Positions 9,813-18,428 of a stretch of DNA of 64,000 bases are shown here, piece after piece. The notes below the pieces were generated by a model. It was not told the DNA's origin, did not search any database, and saw nothing but the letters and a program-made list of their open reading frames with translations. Made by a program: the position numbers and the translations under genes. Positions within the stretch are counted from its first letter, which is position 1, and every line of letters starts with the position of its first letter. Source of the DNA: Candidatus Cloacimonadota bacterium (GTDB taxonomy: Bacteria > Cloacimonadota > Cloacimonadia > JGIOTU-2). The stretch is from positions 64,001 to 128,000 of the forward strand of contig JBNGBT010000005.1 in assembly GCA_049903315.1 (NCBI GenBank). The letters run 5' to 3'.

Positions 9813-10744
9813 TGGACGATTTCCATCATTCTGTTTAAAGATTTCCTGGTTTTGTAAACGATTTCATCCGGGAGTGTGATCTCTTTTTTTTCTTCTGCTA
9901 ATGCTCGAACCGCTCTACGCAAAGTGGTTTTTTTCATGTCATCACAAAGCATTTTATTGCTCAGAGACACGATGTTCTTTTGGGGATAATGATATTTCAA
10001 CTGGTCATACAAGCCGTATTCCGTGCCGATGATAAGATTGTCATGTTCCTTTGCATAATCCAGCATCTGGCTTGTTGAGCAGACGACATCCGCTTCCTTG
10101 CAGACATCCAGCCTGCATTCCGGGTGAACGAGCAGGGTGTAGTCGGGATATTGCTCCCGAACTGCTAATGTTTCATCAAGAGTTATATCGTCATGGACAT
10201 AGCAGGTGCTGTCGAACATTATCAGTTCTCTGCTAAGTTTATATGAAACCCACATGCCGATGTTTTTGTCAGGAATGAAGATAACTTCTTTCGATTTTGG
10301 GATGGAAGCAACAACCTCAATTGCATTTGCAGATGTGCATGTTATTGTGCTTTCTGCTTTGAGTTCAGCAGAAGAATTTACATAGCAGACAATCTCTGCA
10401 TATGGATGTTTTTCTTTCAAAATTCTAAGATCAGCAACTGTTTTCATCTGGGCAAGACGGCAGTCAGCATCCGGATGCGCCATGATGACTTTTTTGTCAG
10501 GATTCAGGATTTTGGCAGTTTCTCCCATAATAATAATTCCACACAGCAAAATCATATCCGCATCAGTTTGAGCCGCAACCTTTGCCATTTGAAGCGAATC
10601 TCCCACATAATCTGCAAGCTTCTGTACATCCATGAACTGATAATTATGTGCGAGGATAAAGCAGTTTTTCTGAGCTTTCAATTCGCTTGCTAACATATAC
10701 AGATCTTTTTTAGATAGTGAATCCCAATTGAGGATTTTTTGCAT
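9809..10744 (-). CDS. nadA: Quinolinate synthase NadA
   Basis: ILAHNYQ, GDSL, ETAKILNP, three Fe-S cysteines (DCRLA, CYVH, CDDMKK), YVNSSA, CTSAN, HPEC. Confidence 0.9.
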   Translation of the reverse strand: MQKILNWDSLSKKDLYMLASELKAQKNCFILAHNYQFMDVQKLADYVGDSLQMAKVAAQTDADMILLCGIIIMGETAKILNPDKKVIMAHPDADCRLAQMKTVADLRILKEKHPYAEIVCYVNSSAELKAESTITCTSANAIEVVASIPKSKEVIFIPDKNIGMWVSYKLSRELIMFDSTCYVHDDITLDETLAVREQYPDYTLLVHPECRLDVCKEADVVCSTSQMLDYAKEHDNLIIGTEYGLYDQLKYHYPQKNIVSLSNKMLCDDMKKTTLRRAVRALAEEKKEITLPDEIVYKTRKSLNRMMEIVQ

Positions 10745-10758
10745 GACGAACTCCGATA

Positions 10759-12051
10759 CTATGTATATTTATTTCCTATTTTCGATATGATAAATGGCGT
10801 CTTTCCACTCTTTTCCGGTTTTTCAAGTTGTGACACTTGTATAAACTTTAACTCGATCGCATTGCCCAATCGCTTTCTCAGACCGGTTTCAAGCCTTTGT
10901 TCGGAGGTATCATTATAAGTTTTATCAACAACTAATTTTACGTCAATATGATGAATGCTGTTTTGAATAAGCTGTGAGCAGATCACACCTTGCGCATTAT
11001 CGATTGAATGAGACATTACTGCACCGAGAATTCTACCGTCTGGAGTCTCGATATAATCACATTGCTTACCAAGTATTTTTTTTACCATTCTAAAATGGCG
11101 TCCGCACGCACACGTCGTATCCTCGCTCTCAGGAACGATCGCATCGTTGATCTTGTACCTGATTAACGGCATTGAAAAATTATAGAGACTCGTTCCAACA
11201 AGTTTTGATATTCCATCTTCTTTGATTATTTCATGATAGGCAAAGTCCTCGATTAAGTGCAGGTTTCCATGCTCGCATTCCGAGATCATAGCTGCACATT
11301 CATGCATAGAAAAGAAATTATGAATTTTGCATTTGAAAGATTTTTCTAGCAGATTTCTTTTTTCATCCGAGAGCGTTTCGCCATACGTTACGATTGATTG
11401 AGGAGGATGGATTTCTATTCCTGCATCATGTGCAAATGTAGCCAGCATGAGCAAGTCAAAAGGAAATCCCATGAAAAATTTTGGTCGTTTCCGGTTAATT
11501 TCTCGAATTACTCGCAAAGCCGAATCTCTGGACAACCGATTTGAATCAAATCTGAGAATATTGTAGAATGGATTGAATGTGTAATCAGTATCGGTGAAGT
11601 AATAACTTTGTATGCTGAATGTCCGCTTTCCCAGCCTGTATCCAGCCCAATTATAACTTCGGAGCAACGCAGCGATCTTGTTTGCCTGAACCGAATTATC
11701 TAAGATGAAATGAAGTGGTGTGCCTGTCGAACCGCTGGTAGAATCCCATGTGATACCGAATTTTGCCGCATTATTAGAAATCAACTTTTCTTTACATGAT
11801 CGAACTGTCTCTTTGTCCAGAAGAGGGAGGTGAGTTAGGTCCTCTCTTCCTCGAAATTTATTTATATCAAAATTTAATTTTTTAAACAGATCGCGATAAT
11901 ATGGAACCTGTTTTCCTGCGTGTTGCAACAGTTTTATTAATTTTTCATCATGAAATTTTTCGATTTGTTTTTTCGTCCAGAATTGGCTTTTCTGGTAAAA
12001 TCTATAACGTTTTAAAACCCTAAATGGGATATGAAAGATTGATTTTTCCAA
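10759..12051 (-). CDS. Phenylacetate-CoA ligase-like adenylate-forming enzyme (CapK/PaaK family)
   Basis: VPYY, LPLLDKE, P-loop STSGSTGTP, MPLIRY, CACGR, SGK. Confidence 0.85.
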   Translation of the reverse strand: MEKSIFHIPFRVLKRYRFYQKSQFWTKKQIEKFHDEKLIKLLQHAGKQVPYYRDLFKKLNFDINKFRGREDLTHLPLLDKETVRSCKEKLISNNAAKFGITWDSTSGSTGTPLHFILDNSVQANKIAALLRSYNWAGYRLGKRTFSIQSYYFTDTDYTFNPFYNILRFDSNRLSRDSALRVIREINRKRPKFFMGFPFDLLMLATFAHDAGIEIHPPQSIVTYGETLSDEKRNLLEKSFKCKIHNFFSMHECAAMISECEHGNLHLIEDFAYHEIIKEDGISKLVGTSLYNFSMPLIRYKINDAIVPESEDTTCACGRHFRMVKKILGKQCDYIETPDGRILGAVMSHSIDNAQGVICSQLIQNSIHHIDVKLVVDKTYNDTSEQRLETGLRKRLGNAIELKFIQVSQLEKPEKSGKTPFIISKIGNKYT

Positions 12052-12054
12052 AAT

Positions 12055-12948
12055 CTATTTTTCTTCAATTTGACGGATCAGTTCATATCGATCGAGTAAC
12101 TTCTGTGCGCTTCGAACCAGAGGTGGTCCGATAAAATTCCCATCAATGACTGCAATTGATCTGTTCCCATTATATATTTCCCGGGAGAGTGTAACAATAC
12201 TCTCGGCTCTTTCAATTTCTTCCGGAGAGGGCGTATAATAACGATTGGTTAACTCAATTTCTTTAGGATGGAGAAGCAATGAGCCTTCAAATCCGAGAAT
12301 TCGTGTAATTTTCAGTTTCTTTTTTAATTTTTCCAGATTATGAACATCAATATTCAAAGTGTCGATCGGAATAATTCCTGCAGAGCGGGCAGCATTTGCG
12401 ATCATTGATCTGGGGAAAAGGAGTGCAAATTCCGGGTCATGATGTACGCCGCATAAATCTGATAAATAGTCCTCACATCCAAAAGCAACTGCGATTATTC
12501 TTGTTGAACTGCTACAAATTTTTTGTATATTCATAACTGCGGCAGTGGTTTCTATAAGTGGAATTATCTTGAAGTTTCTTTTTACAAATCCCCCCTTTTT
12601 TTCATAATGCTGTAACAGTTCATCGAATTGTATAATCTCTTCAGATTCAAATACTTTCGGATAAAGAAAACCGAGAATGAACTCATGTGTAAGCTCATCT
12701 AACTCGTGTTCAAGCAAGCCGCTATCAATGTCATTCAATCGTATGAATACCTGTTTGTTCTTGAAGATGTCTGCTTTTAGCAGTTTTTTTATCTCTTCTC
12801 GTGCGAAAAGTTTTTCACTTTCCACAACGGAATCTTCCAGATCAAGGATCAGTGCATCTGCCTTTGAATTAACTGCTTTTCGGATCAAGTCTGGTCTATT
12901 TCCCGGGACGAACAGCATGCTTCTTAGAATATACGTTTTTGTATTCAT
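12055..12948 (-). CDS. CoA-ester lyase (CitE/malyl-CoA lyase, HpcH/HpaI family)
   Basis: RSMLFVPGNR, LDLEDSV, IRLN, LIET, FGCEDY, LHP. Confidence 0.9.
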   Translation of the reverse strand: MNTKTYILRSMLFVPGNRPDLIRKAVNSKADALILDLEDSVVESEKLFAREEIKKLLKADIFKNKQVFIRLNDIDSGLLEHELDELTHEFILGFLYPKVFESEEIIQFDELLQHYEKKGGFVKRNFKIIPLIETTAAVMNIQKICSSSTRIIAVAFGCEDYLSDLCGVHHDPEFALLFPRSMIANAARSAGIIPIDTLNIDVHNLEKLKKKLKITRILGFEGSLLLHPKEIELTNRYYTPSPEEIERAESIVTLSREIYNGNRSIAVIDGNFIGPPLVRSAQKLLDRYELIRQIEEK

Positions 12949-13412
12949 ATTAATTTTTTGGGAACCAGAATATGGCGCCTAAGAGTGAGAACTAATTCAT
13001 TTTTTTGATTATACGCTTTTGTTTCTACAAAGATAATCCCTTCGTTTGTTTTTGTTTTTGATTCTCTAACATCTAAGATTATGGAACTCGCATGAATGGT
13101 GTCACCGATGAATACAGGCGCATTATGGACGATCTTTTCATAATCAAGATTTGCAATTGCTTTTCCGCTGATGTCAGGAACACTCATGCCCACGACCAGG
13201 CTGATAATGTAGGTGCCAACAACAACTCGTCTTTTAAAAACAGTCTTAGAAGCATAATCTTCATCAAGATGAAGGGGATGATGGTTCATGGTAAGCTGGC
13301 AAAAAAGGTTGTTGTCACTTTCTGTAATTGTCTTTTTGGGAAAATGTTTATATACGTCACCTTGAGAGAATTCTCCAAAATATTTTCCAAATATATTGTT
13401 CGTAGCATTCAT
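12945..13412 (-). CDS. MaoC family (R)-specific enoyl-CoA hydratase/dehydratase
   Basis: GKYFGEF, TITESDN..F..LTMNHHPLHLD, PVFIGDTI hot-dog fold motifs. Confidence 0.9.
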   Translation of the reverse strand: MNATNNIFGKYFGEFSQGDVYKHFPKKTITESDNNLFCQLTMNHHPLHLDEDYASKTVFKRRVVVGTYIISLVVGMSVPDISGKAIANLDYEKIVHNAPVFIGDTIHASSIILDVRESKTKTNEGIIFVETKAYNQKNELVLTLRRHILVPKKLI

Positions 13413-13555
13413 TTTATATCCTTATATTTTAATCAGGATTCAAATTTCATGTAACTAAAATAGAAAATACAATAATAATGTAAAGTTTTCCAACATTAAT
13501 CAAACCAGAAAAATATGATAAAACAGGATGAACCGAAGTCATAGATGATACTCCT

Positions 13556-14743
13556 CTAAAGATATCTCAACCACCATTTTTCACGGTTATTGGTTTTATA
13601 CCTGTCATACCATTTGCATAAAGGGAACATAATCAAGATCACAATGACCCACACAAGATACACATATAAAAGACCGAAGCCAAAATTTGCAATTGATTCT
13701 GAGAAGAACACCTGCTTTGTAAGGATGTAATCACTCCAGTTTCGACCGGATAAAATCATCACTACTATTGCGAGGATATGAATGATATAGAGATGTATTA
13801 CATAGAAAAATAACGGTACCCGGCCAAAAATGATGATTTTATTTGTGAGTCTATTCTTGGAGTGCTCGATGATTGATAATAAAATTAGCGAAGGTCCCAT
13901 AGTCATCAAAAGAAATAGTAATGATGGGGGATATTTCGTTGGGTTAAAGAATGACATAACAGAGGAGATGAGGGATTTTTGAACGCTCCAATTCGTTGAG
14001 TCGCCATATATATTTAATAATCGAAATACAATAAATAACAGAGTAGAACTTATCCCAACATAGAGCAGCCATTTTCTTCTTTTTTGTGCTTTGAAATCTT
14101 TTTGATATAACGTGCCGAAAATATATCCTAGAGCCATTAATCCGATCCATGGAAGAATAGGGTAGACAAAATTAACTGCTGAATCTGAACCAAGTAAAAC
14201 CAGCTTTTGCTGATGGAGAGTGTACCAGATAAGATCAATAACAGATTTTCCACCAGCCTGAATAGGATCGAGTAAATTATGACTGAATACAAAAATAATT
14301 CCGATTGCCAGAATAATATATCTTGGTAAAAAAACTATTCCTGCTAAGTATATCATACATAGACCGATTGCCCAGATCACTTGCAGAATATGATAACTGA
14401 GAGTGATATCAAATGTCCATGCAAAATTGACGAAAATCAATTCTACGAACAGGAGCCAGATTCCCCGGGTGAATAAAAACCATGATAATGCTTTTATGCT
14501 TTTTCTGCGCGTCCCATACAGAAATGCGGAAATTCCTGCTAAAAAAATAAAAACAGGTGCACAGAAATGTGTTATCCATCTCGTAAAAAATAAGAGGGGA
14601 GTTGTCGTACTTGCATTAGCAGGGAAAGCGAAAAATGTTCCGAAGCCAAAAAAAATCCGGACGTGATCAAGTGCCATAATAATGATAACTATCCCACGGA
14701 GCAGGTCAATCGATCTTATCCTATAGTCTTGCATGTGTTCCAT
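13556..14743 (-). CDS. DUF1624 / heparan-alpha-glucosaminide N-acetyltransferase-domain membrane protein
   Basis: RIRSIDLLRG..MALDH, RWITHFCAP.F, KYPPSL, FGRVPLFFY. Confidence 0.85.
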   Translation of the reverse strand: MEHMQDYRIRSIDLLRGIVIIIMALDHVRIFFGFGTFFAFPANASTTTPLLFFTRWITHFCAPVFIFLAGISAFLYGTRRKSIKALSWFLFTRGIWLLFVELIFVNFAWTFDITLSYHILQVIWAIGLCMIYLAGIVFLPRYIILAIGIIFVFSHNLLDPIQAGGKSVIDLIWYTLHQQKLVLLGSDSAVNFVYPILPWIGLMALGYIFGTLYQKDFKAQKRRKWLLYVGISSTLLFIVFRLLNIYGDSTNWSVQKSLISSVMSFFNPTKYPPSLLFLLMTMGPSLILLSIIEHSKNRLTNKIIIFGRVPLFFYVIHLYIIHILAIVVMILSGRNWSDYILTKQVFFSESIANFGFGLLYVYLVWVIVILIMFPLCKWYDRYKTNNREKWWLRYL

Positions 14744-15058
14744 TTAGTATGTCCTCATGATACGGTACTATAAATATGAAAGATACTACGCCTGAAAAAT
14801 ATGTAACCAGTTGCCTGATAAAATGTATTTCTCTCATTGCTGCGTCAAGATAATACGTGATACACTTGGACAAATATTGAAAAAGCGATGATTCAAAATC
14901 AGTAATTTAAATTTTTCTTTCAAGAATATTGACAAGCTTACATAAAAAAAATAATAAATTTTCGATTAATAAAATCAAGCTATGGCTATCAAAAATATGA
15001 AGAAAAAATTTCTTATAGAGAAAAATTACTGCACAAAAAACTTTCTTAAGGATGTGTT

Positions 15059-17374
15059 ATGGGAAACCTAGATATTACGATATTATATGTCGAAGATGAA
15101 GTGCTCATTCTCAATTCCGTGAGTATGATACTCGAAAAAAGAGTAAAAAAAGTGTACACAGCTCTCAACGGTGAGGAAGGATTAAAGCTCTTTGAAAAAT
15201 ATCGACCTGATGTGGTCATTGCAGATATCATCATGCCGGAGATGGATGGTTTGATGTTGGCCAGGAGGATAAGAGCGATCGATCCCTCCACTGTTATAAT
15301 AGTACTCTCCGCATTTGATAAGAAAGAAAACTTGCTGGAGGCAATTACTATTGGCATTGACCGTTTTTTACCAAAACCACTGAACTATGATCATTTACTA
15401 AGGATAATAAACGAATTACATTCTACCAAAATCCTTGAACGAAGGATTGAAAAAGAGAAAACCGCACGTCAGATGGCAGAGCTGGAACTCGCTAAAACAG
15501 AGAAGAAATATCATGATCTCTATGACAATGCACCTGATATGTATTTTTCAGTTTCACCAGAAGGCACCATTACCGCAGTCAACCAATTCGGTGCGGAATA
15601 TCTTGGATATACAAAGGAAGAGTTAATAGGAAAAGCTGTATGGATGGTCGTTCATCAAGATGATTTGAAAGAAGTAAAGAAGCAGGTCTCAGAGATATTC
15701 AAAAAGAAGGAGGAGTTCAGCGAACTCGAATTCCGGAAAGTATCAAAAGACGGATCAATACTCTATGTTCATGAGCGTACTCAACTCATTTTTGATGAAA
15801 GTGGTATGCCCTCTGAGATCAGAATTATTTGCAGGGATATCACAGACCGACAACGTATCCAGCACGCACTTGAGGAAAGTGAGGAGCGGTACAGACTGGT
15901 CGTAGAACAGACAGGCCAGGTTGTGTTTGATGCGGATTATTCAAATCAAACAATAGAATTTGTAGGTGCTGTTAATGAGTTGTTCGCATATACGCGAGAC
16001 GACATTTCAGAATTTCTTTCTTTTTCAGATGCCGTGTTACTTATTCATCCTGATGATAAAGATGATGCTTTGAACGCAATAAAAAAAGCAACAAAAACAA
16101 GCAAGCGCTTTCAGATAGAATGCAGGATACAGAAAAAGGATAAAAATTATTTATATGCATATGTGAAAGGTGTATGTCTTGTAGATAACGATGGCAAAGT
16201 AGTAAGAATACTAGGTTCTGTCGCAGATATTACTTTGAGAAAAGAAAACGAAGCAAAATTGCAAGAAATGCATGAATATGTCCGAAACCTTATAGAAAGC
16301 TCACTTACTATGTTCATATCAGTAGATAATGATAGAAAAATAATAGAGTTCAACAGCGCTGCCGAGAAGAATTTCGGGTATAAGAAAAAAGAGGTTGTTG
16401 GGGAGCATATAAAATTACTTTATGCTGATGCTGATGAATGCACAAGGATAGGAAAATTAATTCAGAAGAATGGCACGTTTTATGGAACAGCCCGAAATAA
16501 AAGAAAAAACGGTGAGGAATTTATCAGTTATATATCTTCTGCACTCATGGAGGATGCGCAAGGCAACCAGATCGGAAGTGTGGGAAATTCAATTGATATT
16601 ACTGAATCACAGGAAAGAGAAAAGGAACTGAAACTTAAAGAAGAGCTCTACAAAACCCTTATGGAAACTGTTCAAAATGGAGTTGCAATTCTTGATCTTG
16701 AAGGAAAGATAATCGTATGCAACAAGCAAAATGCTGAAATGTTTGGTTATGAAGAACCCCAGGAACTCATAGGGGTGCAGAGAATTGAATTTGTGACGCC
16801 TGATGATCGGGACAGAGTTGCAAGGAACATGCGAAATCTCCTTGAAACAAATAATGATATTACTCGTATGGAAGTAGAGTTGCTGAGAAAAGACGGCTCC
16901 ACTTTCCATGCTTATTTCAGCGCTTCAATCATACATGATGACGAGGGAAATCCCATACAGATAATGGATACCATAACTGATATTTCAGTTCGAATAAATA
17001 ATGGGGACGATCTTATAAAAAAAAAGGAGAGATATAAAGGGCTTCTGAACAATTTACCTATTGCAATTGAGGAGTTTGATAAATCCGGTATCGTAACTTA
17101 TGTAAATAATCAGGCATTAAAATTGTTCGGATATACCAGAGATGAGATGTTACGAACAGGTATAGGGAAAATGTTTAAGTCCGAAACAAATGATTCGAAC
17201 AGTATCAACAGCTATTTTGCAGATATTCTTCATAAAAAGCCCGAGCCCTCTGTCTGGAAAGGTTTGTTCACGAAAAAGAACGGAGAGGAAGCACCCGTTT
17301 CAATTGCATGGAACTATAAAAAGGATGAACATGACCGAATCGTTGGATTCATTGCAGTTGTGAATGAGGTCTAA
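15059..17374 (+). CDS. Receiver domain plus five PAS domains, with no output domain
   Basis: N-terminal REC (VEDE, DIIMPEMDG, FLPKP); five PAS/PAC units ending RDIT, ADIT, IDIT, TDIS and at the stop codon. Confidence 0.85.
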   Translation: MGNLDITILYVEDEVLILNSVSMILEKRVKKVYTALNGEEGLKLFEKYRPDVVIADIIMPEMDGLMLARRIRAIDPSTVIIVLSAFDKKENLLEAITIGIDRFLPKPLNYDHLLRIINELHSTKILERRIEKEKTARQMAELELAKTEKKYHDLYDNAPDMYFSVSPEGTITAVNQFGAEYLGYTKEELIGKAVWMVVHQDDLKEVKKQVSEIFKKKEEFSELEFRKVSKDGSILYVHERTQLIFDESGMPSEIRIICRDITDRQRIQHALEESEERYRLVVEQTGQVVFDADYSNQTIEFVGAVNELFAYTRDDISEFLSFSDAVLLIHPDDKDDALNAIKKATKTSKRFQIECRIQKKDKNYLYAYVKGVCLVDNDGKVVRILGSVADITLRKENEAKLQEMHEYVRNLIESSLTMFISVDNDRKIIEFNSAAEKNFGYKKKEVVGEHIKLLYADADECTRIGKLIQKNGTFYGTARNKRKNGEEFISYISSALMEDAQGNQIGSVGNSIDITESQEREKELKLKEELYKTLMETVQNGVAILDLEGKIIVCNKQNAEMFGYEEPQELIGVQRIEFVTPDDRDRVARNMRNLLETNNDITRMEVELLRKDGSTFHAYFSASIIHDDEGNPIQIMDTITDISVRINNGDDLIKKKERYKGLLNNLPIAIEEFDKSGIVTYVNNQALKLFGYTRDEMLRTGIGKMFKSETNDSNSINSYFADILHKKPEPSVWKGLFTKKNGEEAPVSIAWNYKKDEHDRIVGFIAVVNEV

Positions 17375-17475
17375 AATCAATTTTGTTAAAAAAGAATCTT
17401 GAAAAAGCAAGATTAAAGTGTTACATTTGATGCTTCTTTATTAAGGAGTACGAAAAAAACAATAAGGAGATTTAT

Positions 17476-17943
17476 ATGAATCCAAAAGTTAAAATCATAA
17501 TTGCATTCACAATTGTATTCATAGTGCTTGTGACTGGAACCCTCTTTGCAGATGAAGCCGCAAAAGCAAAAGCTCTTGTTGAGCAAGGTGTAGTGATGGC
17601 TGTAATGAAGGGGGAAGGTCCAACCCTGAAGGCTATCCAAAATGTAAATGGTCCTTTTATTGATGGTGATTTGTATCTTTTTGCAGGTCCGCTAGATAGA
17701 GTTACAATGACTGCGCATCCCTATAAACCAGAGATTGTCAACACTGATTTAAGTACATTCAATGATGGTCACGGCAATTTTCTATTTTTTGATTTTGCAA
17801 AAATTGCAATAGAAGATGGTGCAGGCTGGACTGAGTACTGGTGGCCCAAACCTGGGAAGAAAGAACTCTCACACAAAAAAACGTATGTGATGAAGGTTCC
17901 CGGTCAAGACATGTACATTGCATGCGGTTATTACGCAGACTAA
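17476..17943 (+). CDS. Stand-alone single Cache domain protein with signal peptide
   Basis: Signal peptide, then AKALVE, F.DGDLYLF, AHP, D..G, GWTEYWWPKPG, K.TYV, CGYY. Confidence 0.85.
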   Translation: MNPKVKIIIAFTIVFIVLVTGTLFADEAAKAKALVEQGVVMAVMKGEGPTLKAIQNVNGPFIDGDLYLFAGPLDRVTMTAHPYKPEIVNTDLSTFNDGHGNFLFFDFAKIAIEDGAGWTEYWWPKPGKKELSHKKTYVMKVPGQDMYIACGYYAD

Positions 17944-17975
17944 ACTCAGTTAAACACATAACCACGAATTTGACG

Positions 17976-18004
17976 AACCGCTGGATTTCCAGCGGTTTTG
18001 TTTT
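17976..18004 (+). terminator. Intrinsic terminator after the Cache gene
   Basis: AACCGCTGG-ATTT-CCAGCGGTT perfect 9-bp stem followed by TTGTTTT. Confidence 0.75.
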
Positions 18005-18103
18005 GATATGTAAACAGGAAGAATTCAAATTCCTATTGCGATAGTCTTTCTGTGCAAGTTGCAGTGTCTATTCTCTAATTTTAAAGGAAAATTTCTTTCT
18101 TCA

Positions 18104-18132
18104 TTGACAATTTAACTTCATATAGAAAATAT
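18104..18132 (+). promoter_or_regulatory. Putative sigma70 promoter of tRNA-Gly
   Basis: TTGACA at 18104-18109, 17-nt spacer, AAATAT; 18 nt upstream of the tRNA. Confidence 0.45.
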
Positions 18133-18150
18133 ACTCTCAAAATACACAGA

Positions 18151-18225
18151 GCGGGTTTAACTCAGTGGTAGAGTATTAGCTTCCCAAGCTAAGGGTCGCG
18201 AGTTCGAATCTCGTAACCCGCTCCA
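18151..18225 (+). tRNA. tRNA-Gly (anticodon CCC)
   Basis: Cloverleaf: acceptor GCGGGTT/AACCCGC, D arm ACTC/GAGT, anticodon arm TTAGC-TTCCCAA-GCTAA, T loop TTCGAAT, discriminator U plus encoded CCA. Confidence 0.97.
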
Positions 18226-18428
18226 TATTTTTGTAACCACCCGGCTTCTTTCCAATACGCCGCGGCAGGTGAATTAACACGAATTTTCACTAAAATTATT
18301 TAAGAAATAAATATTAAATGGTTAATTAGAAAGCTATTTGATAGAAAATTTAGATTCTTTTAAAAAAAAGGGATTTGATTTATAAATCAAAAATTTGACG
18401 ATTTATTCCGGCACTTCACTTTCCTCCC

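Noticed and set aside
18151..18428. tRNA-Gly as an integration site for a prophage or island
   Set aside because: No integrase nearby and I saw no duplicated tRNA 3' end elsewhere in the window
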